The position numbers and the translations under genes were made by a program. DNA of 64,000 nucleotides, taken from contig RHPI01002714.1 of assembly GCA_009103225.1 (NCBI GenBank), positions 41,329 through 105,328 on the forward strand, given 5' to 3'. Source of the stretch: Chlorokybus atmophyticus. Lineage: Eukaryota; Plantae; Mesostigma and Chlorokybus algae. The notes beneath the pieces are model-generated. The model was given only the letters and a program-made list of their open reading frames with translations. It was not told the DNA's origin and searched no databases. This document shows, piece after piece, positions 23,037-36,800 of this stretch; the stretch's first letter is position 1, and every line of letters starts with the position of its first letter.

Positions 23037-24262
23037 NNNNNNNNNNNNNNNNNNNNNNNNNNNNNNNNNNNNNNNNNNNNNNNNNNNNNNNNNNNNNNNN
23101 NNNNNNNNNNNNNNNNNNNNNNNNNNNNNNNNNNNNNNNNNNNNNNNNNNNNNNNNNNNNNNNNNNNNNNNNNNNNNNNNNNNNNNNNNNNNNNNNNNNN
23201 NNNNNNNNNNNNNNNNNNNNNNNNNNNNNNNNNNNNNNNNNNNNNNNNNNNNNNNNNNNNNNNNNNNNNNNNNNNNNNNNNNNNNNNNNNNNNNNNNNNN
23301 NNNNNNNNNNNNNNNNNNNNNNNNNNNNNNNNNNNNNNNNNNNNNNNNNNNNNNNNNNNNNNNNNGCGGACCTTCTGGGCGAGAGGGAGGGTGGAGGGCA
23401 GGGTGATGTGGCCAGACCACGCTGTGCCGAGGGTGTTGCCCACCGCCACGCGGATAGCACCGGTGCTGTTAATGTTGGAGAGGGGTGAGGCTGAGTGTTG
23501 CGTGCAAGCGTGTATGTGTGTGCAAAGCATGCGCGCGCACACACATACACACACATACACACACGTGCGTGCACAAGCTTACGTGAGTATGTATGTGGCG
23601 TAGATGGATGTGGTGGCTGAGCCGGATGGTTTGAACGTGGCAATGGAGGGATGGTCCGCCGTGATACCCGAGTCCCCAGCGGCCTGTGACACATGTTTGC
23701 ACGTGAGCATCATGCACATGTGTGCCATTCATTGGTAAGGAGGTAGAGAGTGTTGGGAGGTAGAGTGAATGTGTGCGTGTGTCCTCTCACCTCAATGTTG
23801 ACGACGGCAGAGAAGGACTGGCCATCAGTAGAGGCAATGCTCTGCTGCTTGCGCACGTTGCTCACATTGCCCTGTTGTGGTTGTTGCATACACACGCTCA
23901 GTATGCATGCTGGGCAACAACAACAACAACAAGAACAACAAAGTACTCACGGCGAAGGCGAGGACAATCCCGCGGGGGAGTGGGAAGTTGGCCGCGTCAA
24001 CCCCCTGAGCCACTGCACGCATCACACAATAGGTGAGACACCGCCACAACATGATGGTCTTGGCCAATACACATGACGCACCTCGCTGCATGCATTAGCA
24101 CAGTGACCTGCTCCACACACACACACACACACACACATGCTACCCACCTAGAGTGGCTGCCTGTGAAGCCGGGTGGCTCCCGGGTGTGAGGGATACAGTG
24201 GCGCTCACGTTGGCGACAGCCGCAACAACAAGGAGAAGGAGGAGAGAGCGCATGGCAGCCAT
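22661..24262 (-). CDS. Host-like 7-exon gene for a secreted ~207-aa protein with BNR/beta-propeller-like repeats (possibly 3'-truncated)
   Basis: Exons 24262-24148, 24012-23951, 23871-23791, 23683-23583, 23465-23372, 22892-22822, 22760-22661 are all GT-AG and phase-compatible. Signal peptide MAAMRSLLLLLVVAAVANVSA. Repeated P.L..F...Y..Y...GAIRV.....W blades and STDGQSFS. Confidence 0.75.
22949..23036. repeat. (GA)n microsatellite in an intron, running into an assembly gap
   Basis: Pure GA repeat followed by Ns. Confidence 0.95.
23037..23365. other. Assembly gap
   Basis: Run of N. Confidence 1.
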
Positions 24263-24362
24263 TGTTGGTTGGAGACAAAGGGTGTGAGAGTGTGGGAGAG
24301 AATGTGGGAGAAGAAGAAGAGAAGAGACTACGAGGTTCTATTTGGAGCGGTGAGATGGGAGC

Positions 24363-24369
24363 TTATATA
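24363..24369 (-). promoter_or_regulatory. Candidate TATA box of the secreted-protein gene
   Basis: TATATAA on the minus strand ~100 bp upstream of the ATG at 24262. Confidence 0.5.
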
Positions 24370-27300
24370 GTGTGGGCAGCGCTAGTCTGGGCCGCTAAAT
24401 ATGGTAACGACAAAATCACCACTACGCCTGCACACACGTAGTTTGGAAGCACGTGTTGCCCCTTGTGCAACAACACAACCTTTGTGTGGGGGTAACGGTA
24501 AAGACACGCACATGCACCGTGCCTGTTTTCGGCAATAACTCATATGTCGATAACCGGAAGTGCTTTGGCATGCATGACACATGTGGGGCCCCCACCCACT
24601 TGCCTTATATGTACATGTCTGGCGTGAGGGTATATGATGCTCATTCCAATAAATCTTTCTCTTTGTGTGCAGCCTACTGCACACACTGGATTCCTGTGAC
24701 TGTAGGCTACGCTACACAATGTCCGTGTGGGTGGGAAACTGTCAACTCGGATAACACACACAAACATGGTAAACATTTTGTCCTTTTCCCAACAAGCGTC
24801 AGATGATGCTGACTTGGTGACACAGACTAGGCAGCATTTGCAGTGAGTGTGTGCATCTGTCGCCACACACCTAGGCTATAGAGACATGTTGCATCGTTCG
24901 GAGACAGGCGAGTTCGTTCAACGGTGCATGCACCAGGCATGTCCTTCAATAGCCACTTCCAGTCCTGTGCTTTACCAAAGTCAGTACGTGCAGCACAACG
25001 CATACGCATGCCTGTCACGTCACCCGCGGCTCCTCTGTCTTACCATATGCAGCATGTCCTTATTGAGTAAGATTCCTTGAAGCGGAGGAGGGTGAAAGTT
25101 GTACCGTGAAACCCAGGCTATAAGGCGGCTGTGATACTGTCTATCATGTGCCATCTCATGCGCTTTGGCGGGGTTCCTCATTGGCGTACGAGAACAGTAT
25201 GCTCTCCAACGTTAAAGCAGGAATTATAGTAGTGCGATGTTTTACAGCTTGACATGCATCCAATTGACAATCTGAGGTGTTAATGTTAATATTGTGTTGA
25301 CTTGCATGCAACGTCAGACGCACGCTGAACGCACCTGCATAAACCAACATGCGAAGTGAATACATGCTTATATAAAATTACATAACATGCATATCAGCAT
25401 TGTTGTGTCCCCGTTGTCATAAGGTTGATATAAAACGCCACACCTTGATTAACATGATTGGTTTGTGGGCTGCATGAAAAGGCGTTCATTAGATTGCAAG
25501 CGCCATATGCATGCATCCATCTACACCCCCTCCCTCCCAAAATTACGCCTACACGCACATACACGATATACTATATGACACCAAAGGGACTTGTAAGTTG
25601 CATGCACCTATCATCAAGTTTTTACAACCCGTCATCAACCATTAAATAACCCTTAATTGCATGTAATGCTTTTTTAAGTTCAATAGTTAACACAGTGCAT
25701 ATCGCACGCAACCAGCACCGGGTGCTGCGTGTCATGCCATGAGCACTCATTGCCATGAGCACTTGACATGAGCAGTATTACAACGAACCATTTGCTGAGG
25801 AGCACAGGCATACATATACATACACACTTGTAACAGCCAAAACCATTCTGTACAAGTGAAGGATGTTCTACGCATGCAATGCAACCACTGCACTGCTTGC
25901 AGCCAGTAGGACTAAACAACTACACCATTGTATACAGCAAAGAAGGTCGTGCTATCTGCTGGTCTCAACTCTACTAGCGACTCCCGGTAGATCCCCTTAT
26001 CGATCCAGAGATCAAGGTGGGCAGGCGACCCAATGCATTTCGTCATATTTACGTACACCCGCTCTGCGAGGGCAGCTGGAGTGTACACCCCAGCTGGAGT
26101 GTATACCCCAGCCCCATGTTACTCGGTGTGACCTTCGAGGAGAAGGCGTGCGCAAACGTCACCATCGCTGTTCAGCACCACCCACCCAGACTATAGGCTC
26201 GCAGGAGAAGTAGCGCCCCCAACTAGAGCTATGGTCACGAACATGGTTTTGTCGCCGTTCATGCCCATGCTTGCGGAGGGGAGTCCAGTACATTTGAAGG
26301 GGAGGGTCATCCTCGCTTGCCTCTGGTAGCCCCACGCTCACAGGGACGTCATAGCACTGAGGGTTTACCGTCGCCACGCTGGCAATAAGATCAGCACTCA
26401 CAGCAATAGCCTCCGTGGCTCTGCTTGGTCGCACATAACGCTTAGGCATTGGCATTGCCTTAGCATCATCCATCGCCGCCGCCATCATGCATCATCACAT
26501 GCATGCAATAAAGGCAGCCTTGTCTCAAGATTGCCACCACGGCTATGAGGATGTCGCGTTTGAACCGAATTCCTATTTAGTTTCCTATTCCTGTGCGAAT
26601 CCACCAGACCGGATGTAAGGAGACAGATGGTCACGGCAGTTACAATTGTTGTGACTGAATAGTTGTAGTAGTACTCGACTAACATTCTCATGTAGTCAGT
26701 TAGTAACGCAAGCTCTTTCTTTCTCGCTCATTGGCGATACATTGTTGACTTTTAGCTTCTCCCGTACCTTGTGGTTAGCTGCTTGAAGTTGACATAACTT
26801 GCTTGACTCTGTTGCAACAGCAAGTTGTTCCTAAAATGAAAGAGTGTGAGCGTTGAGATAGTGTGTTGATGTTGTGAGCATAGTGCATGCCTTCGCGAAG
26901 CCTGCCGTTATCTCGCATACATTGCGGCCACCCCAATGCTACTACGCCAGCCAGAGCCGACCGTGTTCTCTCCACACTTGTAACATGTACGGTTTGTGCA
27001 CTGCATGCTCTCAATACTACAGTTAAGTTGCATGCAGAGAGCATTAAGAGTGACTTAGCACCAACTCCGAGTGCTTCGTTCTGTACACCTTCACAGGATC
27101 ACCGTATTGTGATTGCATGATATGCATTGAGTGTTTCCAGTTTGTAAGCTTTACAACTACCAGTGGAACAACCGTTGCGCCTAACTTCATCATTGCTTTT
27201 TCGCACACTTTCTCACCATCCTAGAAAGAAGGGGAGCGAGCTGTGCTGGGCAAGATTCACTTACATTACCAACTGCACAGTGTTACATTTGCTGGTTGTT

Positions 27301-27629
27301 GTAATCTTTTGTGTCTGTCCTCTCAGAGGACTGATGCAAGCAGCTCATATAGGTGACTTGTTGGAGCAGGTATACATTATATTGCGGTCTGAAGGCAAGA
27401 TTAGCAACGATAACTAGTGGCCGGAGCTTCCATCCATAAGGTGGAAGAAGCGCAAGAGCGGTGCGTGGCAGCAGAAAGAAGCTGAAGAACCTACCCACAC
27501 TCAAGCTGCATCATCCGGATGTGAACCTGAGGACGACAGCACGCTCACCATGGCTGCCATGTCGGCAACCCTGAAAGTACTCAATGGCCAGTGCAAAGGT
27601 CAGGAGTTTGATTAATGGAGGGACTCTTT

Positions 27630-30600
27630 TGTTGAAAAAGCTAGCAACACATGTAGCAAAGGCTGATGCTTAACATGAACACACACAAGAGCAACACTTT
27701 CACTTGACTACAACTCAGTCATGGGTTTTATACCCGCTGGAAGTACACCTGTCTACTCTATCAGCAACTGTGTACGGTATACGTCATATTTCATCATGAA
27801 CTTAACTGCATGACGTAGCTAACATCAAGACCTTGTAAACAAGCTAAGCCACGCGCCAAATGGTGACCTAGCTACCAAGTTATGAGTCTTCTTTTGCGCG
27901 CCTGGAAGTCGCGCCCGGAACCTTCTCTTCGGCTGAAGTCTCCGCGTAGAACCTTCTCGAATGGTGTCCGCGCCCGGAACCTTCTGGCGGTCAAACCTTC
28001 GGAATTGAGGCATGTGCCTATATGAAGGGCAAGGCTGACCGCATATAAAAATATCCTCAACACTCCCATGCAGGCAGCTTATCCTCAAGTCTCTGCTCCT
28101 GCATGATCACATGCAAATATCAAGTCCCGAACAACACGCCTGTAACTTGAGCGGTGAGAACGCCTTTATGAAGTCCGCAAGCATGGCCTCGGTGTTGCGG
28201 TTGCACCGGAACTCGACCTCCTTTCTTGTGACTCTGTCACGGACAAAGCGATGCATGACATCAATGTGCTTTGTCCTTGCTGAGGCGATGGGATGCTTCA
28301 GCAACTTGATGGCGCTTTGGGGGGGGGCTGGTTTGTCCANNNNNNNNNNNNNNNNNNNNNNNNNNNNNNNNNNNNNNNNNNNNNNNNNNNNNNNNNNNNN
28401 NNNNNNNNNNNNNNNNNNNNNNNNNNNNNNNNNNNNNNNNNNNNNNNNNNNNNNNNNNNNNNNNNNNNNNNNNNNNNNNNNNNNNNNNNNNNNNNNNNNN
28501 NNNNNNNNNNNNNNNNNNNNNNNNNNNNNNNNNNNNNNNNNNNNNNNNNNNNNNNNNNNNNNNNNNNNNNNNNNNNNNNNNNNNNNNNNNNNNNNNNNNN
28601 NNNNNNNNNNNNNNNNNNNNNNNNNNNNNNNNNNNNNNNNNNNNNNNNNNNNNNNNNNNNNNNNNNNNNNNNNNNNNNNNNNNNNNNNNNNNNNNNNNNN
28701 NNNNNNNNNNNNNNNNNNNNNNNNNNNNNNNNNNNNNNNNNNNNNNNNNNNNNNNNNNNNNNNNNNNNNNNNNNNNNNNNNNNNNNNNNNNGCTGGCAAG
28801 GTCGCTTGCAAAGTCTGAACTGCAGTAGCCTTCCAACTGTGAGCTCCCCCTCACAAACCTGATGTCAATAGTTGCACTCCCAGCAACCGACCAAAGTACA
28901 CCCTTTGCAGCCATCAAATGCTCCATGCTCGGTGCAAACATGTAACGAGCAAAGACTCCAACAGCATGTGCAATGTCTGGACGTGTGCACATTGCTAGAT
29001 AGAGCATGCTGCATACCAATTTACCGTAGGGGTACTTGGCCTTGTCAAGAACCTCCTCATCATTTGCCTTGACGAGATGGGTGCCGAGTGCGAGTGGAGT
29101 AGACTTGGTCGTTGCATCTTTGAGCCCGAATTTGATGAAAAGTCTCTTCACCATCTGCTCCTGACGGATCTTAATGGTGCGCGCCGCTCTGTCGCATTCA
29201 ATCACCATGCCAAGGAACCACTTGGCCCCTCCAAGATCACGCACTAAGAACGCTTGCTGCAGTGCCTTCTTTGTCTCCTCTAAGTCCTTCATGTGCTTGG
29301 CGGTTATAATGATGTCATCTACGTACACCAACAGGTACACCTTCTTCTCAGGGTGGAAGAAGAGTCCACGGTCTGCTGAGGACGCAAAAAAGCTATGTGC
29401 CTTTAACTCCTTTATGAGGCGGATGTGCCACATGCGTGGTGCTTGTCTTGTCAGCCCATGCAACGCCTTTATGAACTTGCAAACAGTGCCTAGCTCCCCT
29501 TCTTCATATCCTAGTGGTTGCTGGATGTAGATCTCTTCCTCACGCTCTCCGTATAGGAAGGCAATCTTTACGTCAAGGTGGTGAAGCGCCAAGTCTTCAG
29601 CCGCAATCAGGGCAAGCAGTGTGCGGAATGTTGCAGGCGTGAAGACCTCATTGAAGTCCACGCCCTCTTATCGCAAGAAGCCCTTTGCAACCAGCCTTGC
29701 CTTGTTACGCTCCATGTTGTCTTGACCGTTTTTCTTCACCTTGAAGACCGTTCCTCTTCACCTTGAGGACTCACTGGACAGGGATTGGTTTCTCGCCTGA
29801 AGGTAGCTTCTACAATACGCAGGTTTTGTGAGCATTGAGTAACACGATTCCCTCGTCTATGGCTTGCTGTCACTGCTCTGCATCAAGTGCTTGCAGTGCC
29901 TCCTGGTATGTACTTGGCTCCTTTGTGCTGTCTCCCTTTTAACACACGCCTAAAAGTGCCTTATGGTAGAAGTCAGGACCTTATCTCTCCCTCTCAAGAT
30001 AGCGACGAACAGACGCCTGCTGCTGCTTGCCTGAACACCTTTCAGGCGGCATTTGAAAGTCCTCTGTAATGATGTCTGCCTTGCCTGAAGCCTCCACTCT
30101 CTCAGGAACGGCTTGTGGTTGTGCCTCATCTTCAACCATTGGAAAAGAAGCCCGCTTCTGTTAGTAAACCCTCGTGGAACACCACCTCTCTGCTGATAAT
30201 GATCTTGTGGCTCTCTTCAAGCAAAGTCATGTACGCATTTGAGCCTGGTTCGTAGCCAACGAAGACTCCCTTCTTGCTAACTGGCTCCAACTTGTGCCGT
30301 AGCTGCTTTGGTACTAGTGCTTATGCTGTGCAACCAAACAAAAGCATACCACTTACATCTGGTGCAGCTTCATAGAAGAACTCCCACCGTGTCTTTTTAT
30401 CAGAGCTCATAGGTGACCGATTGCGGATGTGATAGGCTGTGAGGAGCCTCCTTCCACATTGAGTCCTCCAACTTGCAATCGTCGAGCATAGCCCGCACAT
30501 CATGCTCCAACAGGGTCCGGTTCAGGCGTTCAGCCGCTTCGTTTTGCTGTGGAGTGTAGGGCGATGTTGTCTCATGCCTTATGCCTTTGCTGGCGAAGAA

Positions 30601-31014
30601 GTCCCAAAGCTGGGCGTTGATGTACTCCCCTTCTTGATTACTGCGCATTGCCTTCATTTTCTTGCTTCATTGTGTCTCCAGCAATGTCACGACGTTGCGC
30701 ACAGCTCCTTCAACTTCCAATTTCAGGGACAGAGGGTAGATGATGGATAGCTTACCGTAGTCGTCGAGGAAAGTTGCAAAGTACCTTACCCCTCGCTTCG
30801 CCACAAAGCGCACGGGCCCGCAAACATCCATGTGTACCAGCTCGCTTAGATGATGACTGCTAGATTTAGATGCCGGGAACGGCATCATATGCTGCTTGGC
30901 CATGATACAGGGTTCACGCAGCACGCTTAAAGAAGCCCAAAAGTCTTCCTTGCTGACGCGGATGCCGTTGACCATGTCTTCAGCTACCAGGCGTGTGAGG
31001 TTGTTGTAGCCAAA
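27630..31014 (-). mobile_element. Decayed Ty1/copia element, 3' half (LTR 27630-28062, RNase H, RT, integrase), cut at the En/Spm left TIR
   Basis: KHIDVMHRFVR (RNase H), HLDVKIAFL and YVDDI (RT), VHMDVCGP and TPQQNEAAERLNRTL (integrase). The LTR reads TGTTG...CAACA with an adjacent PPT-like tract. Confidence 0.9.
28340..28791. other. Assembly gap
   Basis: Run of N. Confidence 1.
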
Positions 31015-31046
31015 CACCGGTAATTCTGAGCCCCCCCGATTCCTGA
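31015..31046 (+). repeat. Left TIR of the En/Spm element
   Basis: CACCGGTAATTCTGAGCCCCCCCGATTCCTGA. Confidence 0.85.
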
Positions 31047-31069
31047 AATTTCAGACTATTTGGTCTGAA

Positions 31070-31580
31070 TAGTCAACAAAAACAGGGGTGAATAGCCTAG
31101 AGTATGGCGTCCCTGGCTCCTGCATGTCGAGGTGAATATTCAGACCGTTTGGTCTGAAAGGTGTTAAAGCCTGTTCAATGTAATTGTCGGTGAATATCCC
31201 TGTGGCAATTAAATTGCACACTAGTCCTATATGTGGGGCATTTATTCACTTGCAGTGGAGCTGTACATTCAACCTGTATGGTGTAGTGCTGTGACCATCA
31301 CATGTATTAAACCACTGAATATTCAAGCAGGAATCGTTTGAATACTTGTAGTTAGGCAAGATAGACTCTTGCAAAAGCGTTGAACATTCACAGGCAGGGT
31401 TCGTTTGAATACCTGTAGTATTCCATATGGCAGCTGCAACAGACTTGAATATGCACGCAGGGATTGTTTGAACACTTACAGTCACCCAAAACTTTCACTT
31501 GCAGTAGAGTTGAATATTCACCCTGTATGGTGTGGTGCTGCAACCATCACTTGTACTACACCATTGAATATGCACGCATG
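31070..31580. repeat. Subterminal TGAATAT(T/G)CA-type motif cluster
   Basis: About ten dispersed copies. The same motif recurs inside the right end (52230-52640 and 2780-3190). Confidence 0.7.
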
Positions 31581-32049
31581 TATTGTTTGAAGACTCATAG
31601 TAATCTAGCCTGCACACCAAGTCCTACATGTGAGTAGTTATTCAATGGCAATGAAGTTAAACAATGGTAAGCTGCTGTTTTACGACCATTAATGTTACTA
31701 TAAATGTTCAAGTGATATTGAGTAGAACAAGACCGATATATGCAGTGCTAATGATAATATTCACAGCAGTCCGTCCAGCTAGCCCAACAATGTCAGCTGA
31801 ATGGCAGCCGACTTACAACAACACATTCAATGCTGTCTACAATGTATGTCTGCTACCCAGAGCTGCACTTGCAGGTGGAAATCTCCTGCGGCAATATCTA
31901 CTTCCGGCTGCTTCGCCCCCGACCACCCCGACCACCACGACCACCACGACCACCCCGACTCCCCTTCCCACGGCCTCTCCGCCGCGGTGTGGATGTGCCT
32001 TCCTTTGCTGGCAGCTCCCTCACCTTGATGGTCTTCATCAACCTAGTAG

Positions 32050-34250
32050 GCCAAAGTAGCAACAACCCCGCCTCGCACTATTCACATGCATCAACCACAC
32101 ATGAATACGTCAGACGCAGTGTGTTGTCATAACGCACGCACAGTCAGCACGCAATCATTGTTCACCTCTCAAGTGGGTCACTTGCACTCCAACCCCATCA
32201 CGCTTGAAGCTGATTGGCAAAGGCACAACCTCTTCTTCCCCTGCACCAGGACGTCTGGTCCTCGTGATGTAAAGACTGCGGCTGAACTGGACTACCACGT
32301 TACCCTCTCCAATCTTCTTGCCATAAAACTTGTTGACGGGCTTGATATCGCTTACGTGCGCCTCCCCTACTGGCTCCTTGCGCCCATCGATGAACAACTT
32401 GACTTCATCACCAACCTTCATCGTCGGTGTAGTGTCATCCTTGTCGCTCAGGTCTTCCTGCGCATGCAAGTGACAAACACATCAACTGGCAGACACATAC
32501 ACAGATGCACTCTCCTATATAGCGCTTGCAAAGAAACCTGCCTTTTGGGAGTCGTTGTCGCTGTCGTTGGGGCTGTTCGCATCGTCCTTGGCGCCATCTT
32601 CATCGCTGTCCTCGCTTTTGTCTGTCTTGGATACTTCTGAATACGATGGCTCATCCTGTGCAACCAGGTGGCACGCCGTGTTATCAAGCTTACAATTGAT
32701 AGGCATGCATGCGAGTCTGCTGCAGTGACAGTTTTTCTGCAACCAGAAGGACCCAAGAAGCCTATAAGCGCACATAGATGGTCCTTCATACCTCCTTTTG
32801 CTTGCCCCTCTTTTTATCCAACATCTTCTCCTGCTTGCCAGTCGAGGGGCCTGCCTCCTTAGACTTGTAGGGAGCCGGAATTGAGCGAACAGTCTTTGCT
32901 TTCTTTTGGGGGCTTGACACCTCAGTCTCCTGCCAACAGCATACACATTAGATTGTGAGCCACAACGTAATGCTATGCCATTCGTTGTGAAGCAGAGTGG
33001 TGCGTACATTACCAGACACTTTGCGCTTCCCTTGCCCTCTGCCTTCCTTTTCTTTCATGAGCTCCATGACATTCGCGGCGTCCTGTGTCTACATGTGGTG
33101 CGATTTCGGTTGCAAAAACTGATATGCTTGTTAGATACTTGCTCCAGTCGTTGTTGCATACTTTGAGAGCTGAGCTGGTATCACGCACATCAGCATCCTG
33201 TTTGGCAGGTGCCTGAACACAACAGTCATAAACGGTCATGATGACATGTACAGGGGAGTACAAGCATTTGGCTGCTCGTGTAATGATGACAGACATCTAA
33301 CCTGTGAACCAGTAGCGGGTGCCCTTGTGGGTTGTGGCGCAGTGCCTTCCTTGTTACCTATCGCACGCACAAGGCACCGATCAGAACAGTGTATACACAG
33401 TACCTCCCGCAGCGGCCCGCGCGCGCAAAACATGGCTCACGCTGCGAGGTGACATTTCGGTCGTCGCTGGCGTTGCTGGCGGGAGGTGAACGCGTGGGCG
33501 CCGTGCATGCACAAGGGACTATCATACACACCTCACACCCTGCATACATAAGGCACCATCAAACACAAAGCGTTTCGTTCTCAACATAGTCATTTACCAA
33601 ACCGTAGCTCACCCTGTGAGGTGGCATTCTCGGCGTCGCTGGCAGATTGGTGCAGCGAGGAGCTGTCTCTTGCCTTTGACTTGTCTTTGACCTGCAATTA
33701 TGCACATGGCAAAGGCACTTAAGACATGTAAACATTGCACAGACAACTCAGTCACTGCATGGCACACACCTTGTTATTCTTGTCCATGGGCGCTCCCTTG
33801 CGCTTTCGCTCAACCCCCCCTGCTTCAGCGCGCTCTATCATCTCCTTGTAATGTTCCCTACTCTTCTGTCTCTGCCCTTCTTTGTGCTTGGCGTTGGTAT
33901 ATGCCTTTTTGTTGGTAAGAAAGTCCTGAATTATCGTTTTTGCCTGCACCAGGCCCAGAGTGGTGACTGCCACCGAATGCAAAATCCTTCAAGCTTGAAC
34001 AATGTTGCATGACAGCTGGTGACACTCTCACAACCTTGCCAACCTTTTCAGGACGGAACTCTGGATGAAGCAGATGCCAGCATGTAACTGCAAGAGCAAA
34101 CTTAAGTGGGTCCTGCTTCGTCTGGGTCTTCCCCGGTAGCAAACGACAGTACTCATAGCAAATCCGGCCCTTGTCCGCCAGCTTTGTGATGTCGCGGCGA
34201 TCACTGGTATGATGCTGACCATGCCAATGAAGGACCTTTAGTGCCTGCAC
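32050..34250 (-). CDS. Probable TnpA-like accessory gene (TNP1/Transposase_23-like C-terminal domain), multi-exon
   Basis: MKVGDEVKLFIDGRKEPVGEAHVSDIKPVNKFYGKKIGEGNVVVQF resembles the CACTA TNP1 domain. Further minus-strand coding segments lie at 33009-33296 and 33752-34250. Confidence 0.45.
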
Positions 34251-35420
34251 AGTGCAAGTATCGCATACTAGAGCGCTGTTACAACAATATCAACAGTGTG
34301 AGTTGCTTGTGCAAACCTCAGAAATCGAGACAGACTCCGTCAGCACATGCTGATATCGACAGTGGTTGCTTGCACATCATTGTAAGCTCACTTTCAAGGG
34401 CATCATTGCTGTGGTGTCAAGGTCGCGGAGGTGAGCCGTCTCCTCAGATTTTCCCACTCACGCTGGAGCTGCTCATCTGATGGTGCACCAGCACTTTTGC
34501 CCCACATCTCATCGTCCAAGTTTTCCCAGCCTCCACTCAGGTCGCTAGACCGCCCACCAGACGTCGTGCCTGACATGACCACTGCTCCACCTGTGTATTG
34601 AGTAGGTCAAACTGCTTGTCAAGCTGTGCACAACCGCAACACTGTTCAACCAAAAACCTCAGTTAACTGCCTCAGTTGACTGCAGCTACTTGGCCATGTG
34701 CATGTGCTTCACACATCAAGCAAACCGTACTTTACCTTGCCGAAGCACGTCGTTCAGCTCCCTGCCAGCTGTTAACATGACTTAGTCCATCTGAACAGCA
34801 AGCTAGCAGGCAAATGCCAGTGCATGCACAAACCTTGCCTGCATGTCTACAAGAAAGCTGTGCTTTATGGTCATGAGGAATTGAGCATGAAACCGATAGC
34901 AACAAAGTGAGATCGACAAGTGTGCCGCTAGTAGCCGCTCACCTACCGCCGCCGTCGCCGCCGCCAACACCACGAGCAACAAGCACTGCGTAGGGTACTG
35001 CCGTGCGTATGGAATCAATTGTGCATTCTGCTCGACACGTCAGCAAACGTGCTTATTGGACACCAGTCGCGACTCACGACTCTGTCTCCGACCTACACCA
35101 GTCATGACTCACGACTCACGACTCTGTCTCCGACCTACCATAAGAAATGCCGCCTGTCATAAGCACAAAGATGACAATGAATAATGTTGCATTCGTGTAC
35201 TATAGTGTACCAAATTGCTTATGTGATAATAAAGAATAAATAACTCGAACATCTGTTGAGGCAGAGCTACAACCCATAGTTGTCAACTACTACTGCCAGT
35301 GTGGCTCACGAATTCCACACTGGTGTGGATGTTGCGAGCCCCACTGGTAGTAGTAGCAGCATCTCACCCACAACCATCACAACTGCAGACGCATTTACAA
35401 GAAGAATGCAACCATGCAAC

Positions 35421-36800
35421 CTGGACACCGAGGCCTGACGCACGAGGCTGCCCCAGCGTTTTGCGCCAACCAACTTGTGCAAGGGCACAGGGAAGGACAC
35501 CGAGGCCTTACGCACGAGGCTGCCCCAGCACATACACCAACACATGTCGGGGAATGCAATCTGTGACGGACATCAGCAGACCATGTACACAGCCTAAGTT
35601 GTACTCCCACCATTGCATTCTGTGATGCAGTGCTGCAGACTGATCGCACACATGCATCTACACATACTTACATGCAAGGATATATATACAAGGGCCAAGG
35701 TCACTGCTCGCCAATGTCACTGGCCAAGGTCACTGCTGAACTTGGTAAATGGCTCAGACATCACCACTACGACAGCCTGAACTTGCACAAAACTGTACAC
35801 GCATTGCATGTGCATAGAGTCACTGGGCCTCGGGTAGCTGCATGGGCCAAGGTCCATCCACGATAGGTATGATCGGCCCTGCGCGCAGCACATCCCCCAC
35901 AACTGATCCCGATGCAAGGCTCCAGCCAACTGGAGTCTGGTTGACGGTCTCGATGGTGAGACGCACAGCAGTGTAGCCAATGACGCCAACATCGAAGGAC
36001 GTGAGCAGTGGCATGGAAGCGGGCTCAGGGTCAAGCACAGGGTCGGGTGGCGCCGCCGGGCTGGTGGCTCTCTCATGCTGCGATACATTGCACGTCACTG
36101 GACCCTTCACCACGGTTCGAATAGCCAAAGGGCCAGTATCCTCGTAGCCATGCGTGGATACCGCCCAGTTATCAAGCTTGCACTGCTTGTATCCGTCACC
36201 GATGCTAACCTTCCCCAACCAGCGCTGCACCTTCCCCGGGCGCTTGCCCACCTGGAGAAGTTTGTCAGTCAATTCTGGACTCATGTATGGCAATGGCTGA
36301 GGCGTCTTTAAATGCGTCTTGGGACGCTTTGCCAGGCTTCCGCTCGCGGATGCTTCCATGACCTGCATGTACATGCACGCAGGTATGACTGAGTTCACGG
36401 GCTTGGAATCGAAGGAAACTTACACCACGACAAGCAACAACACAAGCCCAAGCCCCCACCCCCCAACCACCACACACACACACAGACACCAGCACACGCA
36501 CATATGTAAAGGCAAGCAAGTAAACCATCCAAGCAATTGCACCCAAGCGCAGGTGACCACCGCAAAACCATTGAAACTGAAAACCACACGCATAATGCAA
36601 GCATGCAACCTGGACACCGAGGCCTTACACACGAGGCTGCCCCAGCGTTTTCCCCCCACTAACTTGTGCAAGGGCGCAGGGAAGGTCACCAAGGCCTTAC
36701 GCACAAGGCTACCCCAGCGTTTTCCCCAAACCAACTTGTGCAAGGGCGCAGGGAAGGTCACCGAGGCCTTACGCACGAGGCTGCCCCAGCGTTGTGCCCC
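35421..36800. repeat. 72-bp-unit repeats carrying GGCCTTACGCACGAGGCTGCCCC (two at ~35430-35530, three at ~36615-36790)
   Basis: Directly visible tandem units. The same motif occurs inverted at 40120-40445. Confidence 0.85.

Noticed and set aside
22707-23694. ERERER / LSLSLS long ORFs
   Set aside because: Artefacts of the (GA)n microsatellite plus the N gap. The real gene here is the spliced minus-strand model.
24400-27629. Short coding-like ORFs (e.g. 26159-26488) and an 18-bp duplication near 26071-26110
   Set aside because: No recognisable motif, termini or consistent exon chain, so left unannotated.
31012-31014. AAA on both sides of the En/Spm element as a 3-bp TSD
   Set aside because: The flanks belong to different host elements (copia on the left, gypsy on the right), so the match cannot be taken as a true TSD; it may be chance or target preference.
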